Below, one piece after another: positions 54,724-64,000 of a stretch of DNA of 64,000 bases. This DNA is from Candidatus Kerfeldbacteria bacterium (GTDB lineage Bacteria; Patescibacteriota; Patescibacteriia; SBBC01). The stretch spans positions 20,285-84,284 of the forward strand of contig JACQPY010000013.1 in the NCBI GenBank assembly GCA_016207275.1, given 5' to 3'. The position numbers and the translations under genes were made by a program. The notes beneath the pieces are model-generated. The model made no database searches. It was given only the letters and a program-made list of their open reading frames with translations, and was not told where the DNA came from. Position 1 is the stretch's first letter; every line of letters begins with the position of its first letter.

Positions 54724-55790
54724 TTTCGAGGCTTGATCGTCCCGAGGTACAATTGGTTGGGGCGGTCAGGATTGATGGTCAGGGCGTTCAGGAGTCGAGC
54801 CGTCGGGACGGTGATCTTTGCGTCCCAGGTGGCGCCGCCGTCGGTTGATTTTCGCAGGCGGTTGCCGACAATGACGTACAGCGTCGCCTCGTTCGTCGGA
54901 TTGACCGTGACCGCCTGGATTGGCTGGCTGCCGAATGGAACCAATGTATTGATTGGTTGCCAGGTGGCGCCGCCGTCACGCGTTACGAGTAGACCATACC
55001 CCGAAGCCAGGTAGAGTGTCTGTGGCTGGCCCGTCATCGTGGCCACTGATGACACGGTGGTCGAGCCGGGAAAGGCTTGAAGACTTTGCTTAGCTGACTC
55101 CCAGCTGTTGCCGGTATCGGTTGAACGGAACAAGCCGCTGGCCCGCGTCACCGCGTAGACGGTTGAACTGTTGTTGGGCGGGAACAGCATGCGGCTAATG
55201 TAATCGGCCGGGCTAAGGGTCGTCAGCAGCTGCCAGGTATTGCCATAGTCGCGGCTGAGCAGAACGTCACCACGGCTGGTGGCGGCTAACAGCATGCTCG
55301 GGTCAGTCGGTTTAATCGCCAGGTCGGTAATGACGCGATCCGGTTTTGATTCAAGGTAAATCGGCGCCCAGTGAGCGCCGCCGTCGCCGCTCTTGGTGAT
55401 CGTGCCGCCGGCCGCAGCGTAGAGGATGGTCGGGGCAGTCGGATCGATCGCCAGGGCGGTGTAGGTGCCACCGCCTAGACCGGTCTTGACCCAGCGGTTG
55501 CCCCCGTCGTCAGAACGATAGATGCCAGCACCACGTGTGCCCAGGAAAACGATGGTTGGGGTGATGGGGTCAAAACGGATAAATTCAATATCGACGTTGT
55601 CGATTCGAATGGGCTTGCCTTTAGGCGTGGTGCCTGCATCGACAATGTGGGTCCAGGTTATGCCGGCATCGTCCGAGCGGAAGATGCCGCCGTCCAGTTG
55701 ACGGGCGGTGCGAATACTGATGGAGCAGCCCTGGGCGGTCAAGACGAGCGTCGCCGCGACCGTCAGGATAGTTCGGGTGATTGCACTCAT
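54720..55790 (-). CDS. Secreted BNR/Asp-box repeat protein (sialidase/Ycf48-like beta-propeller)
   Basis: Repeated S-x-D-G-G-x-x-W boxes (SDDGGNRW, SGDGGAHW, TRDGGATW, STDGGATW); N-terminal signal or lipoprotein peptide. Confidence 0.65.
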   Translation of the reverse strand: MSAITRTILTVAATLVLTAQGCSISIRTARQLDGGIFRSDDAGITWTHIVDAGTTPKGKPIRIDNVDIEFIRFDPITPTIVFLGTRGAGIYRSDDGGNRWVKTGLGGGTYTALAIDPTAPTILYAAAGGTITKSGDGGAHWAPIYLESKPDRVITDLAIKPTDPSMLLAATSRGDVLLSRDYGNTWQLLTTLSPADYISRMLFPPNNSSTVYAVTRASGLFRSTDTGNSWESAKQSLQAFPGSTTVSSVATMTGQPQTLYLASGYGLLVTRDGGATWQPINTLVPFGSQPIQAVTVNPTNEATLYVIVGNRLRKSTDGGATWDAKITVPTARLLNALTINPDRPNQLYLGTIKPRK

Positions 55791-56866
55791 GTTGGTCGAG
55801 GCAAGTGGAGGACAAACGACTCCAGCGCCAGTCGGACATTGGCGGTTCGTTGCAGGCGCGGCCGGAGCTCGTTCAAATAACGAGCGGCCGCAGCGATGGC
55901 GGCGGGGTGCAGGCGACGGCCTAAGCGGTCAATCCGCTGGTGGCTCGGTCCCCGTTCGCGCAACCCGGCGGCCGCGCGCAGCAGACGTCCGAGCATCGAC
56001 TCCCAGCGTTCAAGCAGTCCCTCCAAACGAGGTGGTTCGTGGTAAGCGTCGGCCAACTTGGCAGCGGTCGATAGTTGTTCCGGTACCGTCGATTCCCAGA
56101 GCGTGAGGAGGACGTCCGAGTCCTCGACGGCTTGGTCATAACCATGTGGTTGGGTGGCTAAGTACAGCGCAAAGGCCGGACGACCGTCACTGAGCATGGC
56201 CACGGCCCGCGCCTGGTTGGCTTCCAGGCCCCGGTTGATAAGCTCAGCCTCGATCGTCCGCCGGGGCATCGCCGTGACGGGCATGACCGCGCAGCGCGAA
56301 GCAACCGTTGGCGGCACGACGGCGGTGCTGGTGGCCGTTAAAATAAAGATGGCCGTGCCGCGCGGCTCCTCAAGCGTCTTCAGGAGAGCATTGGCCGCTT
56401 CTTCGGTGAGGCGTTCAGCTTGGTCGATGATCGTTACTCGTCGTGGCGCAATCGCCGCCCGCTTATTGAGCGTTTCAAGCAGGACGCGGATGTGCGCCAC
56501 GGAGATTCGTCCTTCCAGATCGCCAACCATAATGACGTCAGGATGACGATTAAGGACGAACATGGAACATGATTCGCAGTCGCCACAGGCGTGTCCAGAC
56601 GTTGGTCGGTGGCAGATCAGGGCGTTGGCAAATTGCTTAGCCAAGAAGGTTTTGCCGACGCCACGAGGTCCGACAAAGAGAAACGCGTGGGCGTCAAGAC
56701 CGCGGCTGACGAGGCGTTCCAGCCGTTCGACTAAGGCCACGTTTCCAACGAGACCCCACTGTTCATGGTTTAGGACGGCGGCGGTGGGCGCGGTACGAGA
56801 ATTCGGTCGCGCTGCCCTCGATGGGCGGGTTGTAGGACGCGATGGACTCACTGTGTAGCGACGCAT
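55787..56866 (-). CDS. holB: DNA polymerase III subunit delta' (clamp loader)
   Basis: AHAFLFVGPRGVGKTFLAKQFANALIC...CGDCESC (zinc module)...VIMVGD. Confidence 0.8.
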   Translation of the reverse strand: MRRYTVSPSRPTTRPSRAARPNSRTAPTAAVLNHEQWGLVGNVALVERLERLVSRGLDAHAFLFVGPRGVGKTFLAKQFANALICHRPTSGHACGDCESCSMFVLNRHPDVIMVGDLEGRISVAHIRVLLETLNKRAAIAPRRVTIIDQAERLTEEAANALLKTLEEPRGTAIFILTATSTAVVPPTVASRCAVMPVTAMPRRTIEAELINRGLEANQARAVAMLSDGRPAFALYLATQPHGYDQAVEDSDVLLTLWESTVPEQLSTAAKLADAYHEPPRLEGLLERWESMLGRLLRAAAGLRERGPSHQRIDRLGRRLHPAAIAAAARYLNELRPRLQRTANVRLALESFVLHLPRPT

Positions 56867-56896
56867 ACTCTACCACGATGCCTCAAAACACGCAAC

Positions 56897-58108
56897 CTAA
56901 GCGGGCTGGTCATGAAATTGAAACGGTTTAACCAGAACGTCCAGTGTCGCCTGCGCCGTCTGTTTCCAACTGAAGGCCTGAAGGCGATGGCGACCGCTGG
57001 TTACCAGTGCTTGCCGTAGCGTTCGATTGTTCACGAGCTTAACGACTGTTCGAGCGGCGCCGTCGATGTCATCGGGGTGAACGATGAGCGCGGCTCGGCC
57101 GGCCACTTCCGGCAGCGATGATCCGGCCGCGACTACGACGGGTGTGCCGACGGCGAAGGACTCAAGTACCGGCAGACCGAAGCCTTCGTAGCGAGACAAA
57201 AAGATCAAGGCGGCGGCCCCGGCGAGCAGCGGGACGTAGACGTTTCGCGGCTGCCAGCCGAGACGAAAGACCGCTTGATCGAGGCCGTAAGTATTGATCC
57301 GCTCCGCCGCGACCCCCCATCCCCGGCCAGGCGTACCGACTAATACCAGCTTGAGGCTTGGCAGTTTGATTCGGGCGCGGTTGAAAACGTCGATGAGGGT
57401 GTTAAGGTTCTTTTTTTGTTCGAGTCGGCCAACGAAAAGCACGTACGGCGACGTGAGCGCAAATCGTTTCCGGACCGCGGCGATCGCTGTTTGATCGGGG
57501 CGTCGAAAAACCTCGGGATCAAAGCCGTGGTGAATGACGGCGATGCGTTCGGGATCGGCTCCGTAGCAGTCAACTATTTCTGACTTGGTAAACTCAGAGA
57601 CCGTAATTAACCGGGCGGCATGGGCGACGGCAAAACGCGCCGACCAGCGATGATAGTCCAGTTCATTATTACCGTAGCGGCCGCGCGTTACCAAGCGGGC
57701 CATCGTGTTGAGCAGCTGACCGACCAGTCCTCGTCCACCGATCGGTTCACGTCCGTAGAGCTCCGGGAATCGTTCAAAGCCAACGTCGTGCAGTGTGGTG
57801 ACTGTTCGACGGGGGTGGATCAGCGGAATGGTGTGCGCGGGCACGAAGAGGACGTCAGGGGGTCGCCACAGCATTTCGAGCGATAACCGAAGTTGGTTCC
57901 AGAGGAAACGCCAGGGCCAGCGCAGGACGCGGTACTCGACGTGCGGCCCGAGATGGCGGAATTCGTCGATTGGCGTCTGATCAAAGTAGAGGACGTAGCG
58001 ATGATGGCGATCGAGCGCGGTTAAGGCGCGGATCAGGTGGTAGGAGTACCACTCGGTCCCGGTTCGCTCACGAACGTTAGCCCGTGAAGCGTCAATGCCG
58101 ATGACCAT
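56897..58108 (-). CDS. Family-1 (GT4) glycosyltransferase
   Basis: EGFGLPVLESFAVGTPVV (E-x7-E motif). The Cys/Arg-rich ORF-track N-terminal extension is rejected; start set at MVIGIDASR. Confidence 0.75.
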   Translation of the reverse strand: MVIGIDASRANVRERTGTEWYSYHLIRALTALDRHHRYVLYFDQTPIDEFRHLGPHVEYRVLRWPWRFLWNQLRLSLEMLWRPPDVLFVPAHTIPLIHPRRTVTTLHDVGFERFPELYGREPIGGRGLVGQLLNTMARLVTRGRYGNNELDYHRWSARFAVAHAARLITVSEFTKSEIVDCYGADPERIAVIHHGFDPEVFRRPDQTAIAAVRKRFALTSPYVLFVGRLEQKKNLNTLIDVFNRARIKLPSLKLVLVGTPGRGWGVAAERINTYGLDQAVFRLGWQPRNVYVPLLAGAAALIFLSRYEGFGLPVLESFAVGTPVVVAAGSSLPEVAGRAALIVHPDDIDGAARTVVKLVNNRTLRQALVTSGRHRLQAFSWKQTAQATLDVLVKPFQFHDQPA

Positions 58109-58112
58109 AGCG

Positions 58113-59120
58113 TTATTTGGCCGACAGGATGCTGCGCTTGTACGACTCAAGGTTATCCAGGGCAATGCCGGTCCCACGGGCGACGCACAGCAGCGGTTCG
58201 TCGGCGACGTAGGCCGGCACCCCGGTGGCCGTGGACAGGAGCTGGTCGACGTGCCGCAGCTGGGCTGAGCCGCCAGACAGGACCATGCCTTTATCAATAA
58301 CGTCGGCCGACAGCTCCGGCGGCGTTTCTTGCAAGACCAGTTTGACTGCCTGAACGATGCCAGCCAACTCATCCTGGATCGCTTCCGTGACGTCATCAGA
58401 CACAACGGTCAGGGTCTTCGGAAGGCCACTGACCACGTCGCGGCCGCGGATCTCCATCGATATCTTCTTTTCCAGCGGGATGGCCGAACCGATGGTAATC
58501 TTCAGCTCCTCGGCGGTGCGTTCGCCAATCGCGAGGCCGTATTTCTTTCGGATATACTCCTGGATGGCGGCGTCAAGCTTATTGCCGCCGATTCGCACGC
58601 TGGTATTGGCGACGATCCCGCCGAGACTGATGACGGCGATCTCGCTCGTCCCCCCGCCGATGTCGATGATCATGTGCCCGGAAGCCGAACCGATGGGGAT
58701 CATGGCGCCGATGGCGGCCGCGATCGGTTCTTTGATGATGTAGGCGGCTTTGGCCCCGGCGGCAATGGTGGCGTCGATGACGGCGCGGCGCTCGGTTGAA
58801 GTAATCCCGGCGGGGACGGCGATCATCACCTCGGGACGGAACAGCCGAATGCCGCCCGTCGCCTTATTGATGAAGTAGCGGAGCATCGCTTCGGTCGTTC
58901 GATAATCGGCAATCACGCCGTCTTTGAGCGGACGGATCGCCACGATCGAGTCGGGCGTTCGACCGAGCATTTCTTTGGCCTCGTTACCGACGGCCAGAAT
59001 CTTGCGGTCGGCAACGGACAAGGCCACAACCGACGGTTCGTTGAGCACAATGCCGCGCCCGGGGAGGTGAACCAGGGTGTAGGTCGTGCCGAGATCGATG
59101 CCAATGCGCTTGACGAACAC
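58113..59120 (-). CDS. mreB: Second MreB/Mbl paralog
   Basis: IGIDLGTTYTLVH...DIGGGTSEIAVISLGG..., about 50% identical to the mreB at 52001-53056. Confidence 0.8.
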   Translation of the reverse strand: MFVKRIGIDLGTTYTLVHLPGRGIVLNEPSVVALSVADRKILAVGNEAKEMLGRTPDSIVAIRPLKDGVIADYRTTEAMLRYFINKATGGIRLFRPEVMIAVPAGITSTERRAVIDATIAAGAKAAYIIKEPIAAAIGAMIPIGSASGHMIIDIGGGTSEIAVISLGGIVANTSVRIGGNKLDAAIQEYIRKKYGLAIGERTAEELKITIGSAIPLEKKISMEIRGRDVVSGLPKTLTVVSDDVTEAIQDELAGIVQAVKLVLQETPPELSADVIDKGMVLSGGSAQLRHVDQLLSTATGVPAYVADEPLLCVARGTGIALDNLESYKRSILSAK

Positions 59121-59135
59121 AGAATTTAACAGAAT

Positions 59136-61052
59136 TTATTTGAAGGAAACTACCAGGTGACGGTCAACCCTAAGATTAGACGTTAGGGAAATTTTATTCT
59201 GCCCTATTTTCTTTGCGCCGTCAACCCCGCTGATCAGTTCAACCGGGCGCGCGAACTCGAGCGAGCTGGTCAGGCGGTGCGCCATCGTGCCGGGCTGTTT
59301 TTGGAGATAGAGTTCGTAGCGACCGCGATCGATCGACTGACTAACGCTCGCGGGCAACGTATAGGTGAACGACAGGGTTCCGGAATTTCCTGGTTCGATC
59401 GAGATGAACGCGCCGAACACCGTCCGGCTGAGTTCTTCACTGCGGTCGACGGTGCCGACTCCGCCACCGCGAAGCTTATCGTTTCGCATCGCACCGCTTG
59501 AGCTGACCAGCGTACTGCCGGGCGGTACGTATACGCGGGTGTAGGTGCGGTAGCGGGTGGTAGTTCGAGTGAAGCTGCCGCGGTTCGCATAGGTGATGGT
59601 CACGGTCGCCCGCGCTTGGCCGTTGTCGAAGGTAAGCTGGTAGTCGATCGCCCGGTCGACGACCTGGTCCGTCTTAAGGCTGGCAAGGTTAGCGTCGACC
59701 ACAAAGATGCTATCGATCGGCGCTGGCCGGATATCGCCGCCCCAATTTTGAGCGATAATTTGCTCCTGGAGTTCAGCGTCGCTGGCGTACAGCAGCATCC
59801 GCTTCTCTTCCAGCGCCGTGGTCAGGGCGACGATCATTTCTTGCCATCGGCGCTGCGGCAAGGCGAGCAATCGATTGAGCAGGATTTTTGACATTTCACC
59901 GATGAGTTCTTTGCGATCGGCTAACGGCTGTAACCGATCAACCAGGTTTTCGGTAGTAAAGGTGATGCCGTCGACGGTGATGTCGCCGCTGATGGCTAGC
60001 AGCGAGCTGACAAACGTGGGCGTGACCGCGATCACGCCGTCGAGGTTACGCTGGGGACCGTTTTCGAATCGATAAAATTCCAGCGCTTGCTGCGCCGCCG
60101 TTGGAAAGTCAGGCGACCAGTTGGCGTCACGAAAGAACCACTGGGTCGCGTTATTGTATCGTCGGAGCGGCGTTGGCGGTTCGATCCGAAGACTATCGGC
60201 CACCGGCTTATCGAGGGTGTAGACATCGCTGGTGGTAAACGACGTGATCTCGCCGGCCGAAACCTTGAGGATGCCGTACGTCCCAATGAAGCCGCCAGTC
60301 GGGCGAAGCTCAGAATTGTTCTGCAGCAAGAACAGGTACGTCTTGGCGTTCGGAAAACCGGCGACGGCGGGGATAATTCGAGTCGCCGGAATGAGCTGCT
60401 GGGCGACCTGCTCGAGAAAAGGGATTTGTTCCCGGAGCGGCGCAATGGCAGCGTGCAGCGGCCGGATCACGCCGCGGGTCGGGAGGTCACGAAAACGGCC
60501 CGCCGCCAACTGAACGTGATCACGGACCGATTCGAGCTGCGGACCAGCGGTCGCAATCCGTTCGAGGATGGCTCGCTTGTCGGCCGGCGTCAGTTGGGCC
60601 AAGCTGATGCTCCCCTGCCCGTGTTTTAATGGTCCGAATATCTGGTCGCCAGCCAAAGTACCGTCGTGCATCGCGGCCACCAGCTGCCGGGCGACATCGG
60701 TGAGGACAGTTACCGCCTCAAGCTGCGTCCCCACGCCGGGAATCGGCCGGAGGGCACGCAGTTTGCCGATCGCCCGGTCGACGGCAGCCAACTCGGTGGC
60801 CGTCCGTTGAGCGGCGGCTAAGGCCGCGGAGAAATCCTGCTTCGTGAGCGCGCTTTGAGCCTGGGTTAGCGAGCGGCGCGCAGCGCGACCGTGTTCGATG
60901 GCTGATTGAATTGGCGTGAAGGTAGCGATCGTCAAAACGGTCGCGGCGGTGACCAAGCCAATGAGTCGAGTTGTCAGGGGGTGTCTGGCAATCCAGGCAG
61001 TCAATCGAAGTAGCCGCGTTCGCCGATGACGAAAGCTAAACGAGAATTTCAT
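59136..61052 (-). CDS. Large membrane-anchored extracytoplasmic protein (DUF4012-like), common in cell-wall polysaccharide loci
   Basis: N-terminal TM (LIGLVTAATVLTIATF), then a 600-aa helical/beta domain with no catalytic motifs. Confidence 0.45.
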   Translation of the reverse strand: MKFSFSFRHRRTRLLRLTAWIARHPLTTRLIGLVTAATVLTIATFTPIQSAIEHGRAARRSLTQAQSALTKQDFSAALAAAQRTATELAAVDRAIGKLRALRPIPGVGTQLEAVTVLTDVARQLVAAMHDGTLAGDQIFGPLKHGQGSISLAQLTPADKRAILERIATAGPQLESVRDHVQLAAGRFRDLPTRGVIRPLHAAIAPLREQIPFLEQVAQQLIPATRIIPAVAGFPNAKTYLFLLQNNSELRPTGGFIGTYGILKVSAGEITSFTTSDVYTLDKPVADSLRIEPPTPLRRYNNATQWFFRDANWSPDFPTAAQQALEFYRFENGPQRNLDGVIAVTPTFVSSLLAISGDITVDGITFTTENLVDRLQPLADRKELIGEMSKILLNRLLALPQRRWQEMIVALTTALEEKRMLLYASDAELQEQIIAQNWGGDIRPAPIDSIFVVDANLASLKTDQVVDRAIDYQLTFDNGQARATVTITYANRGSFTRTTTRYRTYTRVYVPPGSTLVSSSGAMRNDKLRGGGVGTVDRSEELSRTVFGAFISIEPGNSGTLSFTYTLPASVSQSIDRGRYELYLQKQPGTMAHRLTSSLEFARPVELISGVDGAKKIGQNKISLTSNLRVDRHLVVSFK

Positions 61053-61860
61053 GGGTGGTGATTATCGGATTTGGTTTTCGGAAGTATTTCCGAAAGTACT
61101 TCAAGCCGCTCTGGATGTGGATCCTCGTCAGCTTTTGGAAGACTCCGTTAAGCCCGGGGTTTTCCGCCGACATCCGCTGATGGTAGTGGACGAGGGCGAC
61201 GGTCGGCAGGTAGATGACCGGCCAACCAGCTTCCCAAAAGCGCCGACACCAATCGACATCCTCGAAGTACATGAAGAACTGCTCATCGAGTAAGCCGACT
61301 TCCTCGATCGCCCGTCGTCGAACCATCAAGCAGGCGCCGAGCGCCCACTCGATCGGACGAATCTCGTGGTGATCCCAGTCGAGCATCAGATACTGTCGTA
61401 AGGCGGCGCGAGCCAACCCAAACATGCCCAGTGGCGTGCGTCGCAGCATCGGGATCAGCGGCGAGGGAAAGCGGTAGCAGGTAGTTTGAATAGTCTGATC
61501 AGGGTTGAGCAGCTGGGGCGCGATCATGCCGACCTTGGGGTGATCGTTGAGAAAAGTCATCAGGCGTTCCAAGGCGCCTTCGAAAACAGCAATATCGGCG
61601 TTCAGGAGCAGGACGTAGCGACCGGCGGCCCGCCGCAGACCGACGTTGTTACCGGCGGCAAAGCCGAGATTTCTATTTTGCGGCAGTAGGACCACATCGG
61701 GAAAGTGCTCGCGGACCATTCCCACACTTCGATCGCCCGAGGCGTTATCGACCACGATGACTTCGTACGGGAGCTTCAGGCGCGCCCGTTGGATACCTTT
61801 GAGGCACTGTCGTAAAAAGCCTGGCTCTTTGTAGTTAACGATGATGATCGATAGGTCCAT
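61036..61860 (-). CDS. Family-2 glycosyltransferase
   Basis: LSIIIVNYKEPGFLRQCL...VIVVDNASGD...DxD. Confidence 0.75.
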   Translation of the reverse strand: MDLSIIIVNYKEPGFLRQCLKGIQRARLKLPYEVIVVDNASGDRSVGMVREHFPDVVLLPQNRNLGFAAGNNVGLRRAAGRYVLLLNADIAVFEGALERLMTFLNDHPKVGMIAPQLLNPDQTIQTTCYRFPSPLIPMLRRTPLGMFGLARAALRQYLMLDWDHHEIRPIEWALGACLMVRRRAIEEVGLLDEQFFMYFEDVDWCRRFWEAGWPVIYLPTVALVHYHQRMSAENPGLNGVFQKLTRIHIQSGLKYFRKYFRKPNPIITTHEILV

Positions 61861-61863
61861 AGT

Positions 61864-62868
61864 TTACGATTCGATGATCCGGCGCAGCTCTCGGGTTGAG
61901 CGCCGTCGACGACGCTGGATCAGTCGTCGTTTCTGCAGCATCCGCGGAAGCAAGCGGAAGAGCGATGGTAGGGCGGTGAGCGTTGACCACTCCCGCAGCA
62001 GGGCATACCCGAGCTTCTGCAGTTCATACAAGGTGATGGAGAAGCCGTGCGGGAGGAACGTACCGACGGTCTCGTTTTTAAGCAACATTAAGAGGTGGTT
62101 GCGGTACGACAAGACACGGAGCATGCGCGAGCGTCGCCCTCGCGTTTCCACCAGCGCGGCCAAGCGGTCACGGTGGTGGCTCAGCGTGCGGTAGTGGTAC
62201 GCTCGGGCGGCGGGAACGTAACGGCAGCGCCAGCCGGCCAGCTGGCAGCGCCAGGCCAGGTCGACGTCTTCTTTGTAGGCGAAGAAATCTTCGTCAAAGT
62301 ACTCGCCGTTGACGGCCACGTCGTCCAGGACGGTCCGACGATAGAGGGCGAGCACACCGGGGGCACCAAAGACGTCACGCGCTTGATCAAACTGGCCGCG
62401 GTCAGAACTTCCTTCGCCGCGGTTAAGTACCTGGCGCGAACGTCGTAGCAGCATCCCAGCCGCATCAATGGTATCAGAGTAAACAGGTTCCCTCAAGTCG
62501 TCAGCGGTCAGGGAAAAACGCAGCAGCTTGGGGCAAACGCTGGCTACCTGCGGGGTGGTATCGAGCGCTTGCGTGAGTACTTCCAGGCAGGTTGGCTCGA
62601 GAAGCACATCAGGATTGAGCACGACCACAGCGTCAGCTTTGGATAATCGAATGGCTTGGTTGTGAGCTCGCGCAAAACCGAGATTTCTGGTGTGGCGCAA
62701 GACGTCGATGCCTGGCCAGGTATCAAGCAACTCGAGGGTGCCATCGGTTGAAGCGTTATCAACAACGATGATCCGGTCTGGTTTCCGGGTTTGTGCCTCT
62801 AAGCTCCGTCGCAACGTTGGTATGAAGGTCCGGTTATTCCAGGTAACGAGATGGACTGAGACCGTCAT
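61864..62868 (-). CDS. Family-2 glycosyltransferase
   Basis: VSVHLVTWNNRTF...IIVVDNASTDGT...NPDV. Confidence 0.75.
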   Translation of the reverse strand: MTVSVHLVTWNNRTFIPTLRRSLEAQTRKPDRIIVVDNASTDGTLELLDTWPGIDVLRHTRNLGFARAHNQAIRLSKADAVVVLNPDVLLEPTCLEVLTQALDTTPQVASVCPKLLRFSLTADDLREPVYSDTIDAAGMLLRRSRQVLNRGEGSSDRGQFDQARDVFGAPGVLALYRRTVLDDVAVNGEYFDEDFFAYKEDVDLAWRCQLAGWRCRYVPAARAYHYRTLSHHRDRLAALVETRGRRSRMLRVLSYRNHLLMLLKNETVGTFLPHGFSITLYELQKLGYALLREWSTLTALPSLFRLLPRMLQKRRLIQRRRRRSTRELRRIIES

Positions 62869-63890
62869 GCGGTAGTTCGGTTACGCCAGGCAGCGACCGT
62901 CAAGGCTAACAAAAGAAAACCGATACCGAGCGGATGGTTGAGGTAGGGTGTGGTCAGGTGGACCGTCGCTAGCGCGATCAAGCCGACGGCAAAACCCAGC
63001 GACAAAGGGTCGAGTCTCTGGAGTAGCATGGCCAGCATACGACTCAGCAGAACCAAGAAGAAAGCTACTCCCAGCAGGCCAATCTTGACCGCCATGTCGA
63101 GGTACCCGAGTTCAAAGGCGTCGGTGGTGTAGATGCCGCGGCTCGGCGACTGTTGTTGACGGGGGTCATCGCTGCGGTAGGTGACCACCGTGCCGAAGCC
63201 CGAACCGATGATCGGTTGACGACCAATGACCGGGATGAGGGCTTTGAAGAGTGTGATCCGGCTGGTGGCGGCCGCCTCTCCACCGAACTCAGTCAGTCGT
63301 TGGCGTAGGATCGTCCCCTGTCCCCCGCTTCCCGGGAGGGGGAACGGGTACGGAAAATTGAGCGCCCACGAATTAAGCGTGTACGCTACGGCCACGACGG
63401 CGAAACTAGCCAGCACAATTCGGACGGCCTGCGCGACAGACCAGCGTAGCTGCCGCCAACCGAGGACGAGGAGGCTGACTGCCGCTACTCCGCCGCCCAG
63501 CCAGAAGCTGCGTGACAAACTGACCAGGACAGCCGCCACTCCCAAGGTGATGGGAATGAATAGCCAGCGGGGGTTTGGGGTTGGCCTGATGGCGGGGAGA
63601 ACAAACGGTACCAGCAGGCTGACACCCAGCAAACCGTAGATTTGACTCTGAAAAAAGACGCGGTACGTACCCCCGAAAATAGGCGCCACCTCGCCGATGC
63701 CAGTGTCGCGAATCCACTTGTAGAGCGTCCGCAGCCCGTCAATCTGCAGCTGCACAAAGAGGCCGAGCGTCAGGAGGCTCTTTAAGCCAAGAATCGTGGC
63801 GGCCGCCGCGACGAGGGCGAGGATGTTGGGAATGAGGCGACGAACATTGATGACGGGTGAGAGGAGCACCGCGACGAGGGCGAAGAACAA
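62865..63890 (-). CDS. O-antigen ligase/polymerase-like (Wzy/WaaL family) polytopic membrane protein; the N-terminus may extend beyond the window edge
   Basis: 10+ TM helices; LVSLSRSFWLGGG resembles the O-antigen ligase S-R-S-x-W loop motif. Confidence 0.5.
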   Translation of the reverse strand: MFFALVAVLLSPVINVRRLIPNILALVAAAATILGLKSLLTLGLFVQLQIDGLRTLYKWIRDTGIGEVAPIFGGTYRVFFQSQIYGLLGVSLLVPFVLPAIRPTPNPRWLFIPITLGVAAVLVSLSRSFWLGGGVAAVSLLVLGWRQLRWSVAQAVRIVLASFAVVAVAYTLNSWALNFPYPFPLPGSGGQGTILRQRLTEFGGEAAATSRITLFKALIPVIGRQPIIGSGFGTVVTYRSDDPRQQQSPSRGIYTTDAFELGYLDMAVKIGLLGVAFFLVLLSRMLAMLLQRLDPLSLGFAVGLIALATVHLTTPYLNHPLGIGFLLLALTVAAWRNRTTA

Positions 63891-64000
63891 ATAAGCATTG
63901 ACGTCAAAAAAAACGGCGGTAAATCCGTTACCCCGAGCCAGACCGAGGATGATGCCAAGGCTGATACTCGCCAGTAATCCGTAAAGCCACGGTCGAACGC

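Overview
This is a high-GC (roughly 60%) bacterial chromosomal segment. The housekeeping core has fairly secure family-level calls: ssb, obg, trxB, xseA/xseB, a NIF3 protein, class II aldolase plus a PfkB kinase, fmt-def-priA, gltX, alr, serS, rdgB, lysS, greA, frr, holB, rseP, ftsQ, a P-type ATPase, and a cell-envelope block of PBP2-mreD-mreC-mreB with a second mreB paralog and GT2/GT4/TagA/O-antigen-ligase-like genes. That core is interrupted by several short low-GC (about 40-48%) islets that look horizontally acquired. The parts worth a second look: (1) one intact tRNA-Gln(UUG) enclosed in a perfect 13-bp inverted repeat, sitting in an array of tRNA-half-derived repeats; (2) a roughly 900-nt gene-free structured region carrying consensus promoters, four GCGCCGTCGC-AAAA repeats, five tandem GC-rich hairpins and a 15-bp inverted repeat around a 28-codon CxxC mini-ORF, directly upstream of a secreted Cys/Trp-rich bacteriocin-like protein and a small membrane peptide; (3) a MerR-type HTH fused to a GHKL ATPase with an adjacent STAS-like (DUF4325-type) partner, inside an AT-rich islet; (4) a low-GC DUF2268-like HExxH gene flanked by about 60-bp direct repeats; (5) a dispersed family of CCCCTCC/GGAGGGG hairpin repeats, including a telomere-like TTAGG run; (6) a PriA homolog with a degenerate Walker A motif. 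All calls rest on reading the translations and sequence; no database search was possible. Coordinates of features I derived myself (tRNA, repeats, internal starts) may be off by 1-2 nt.
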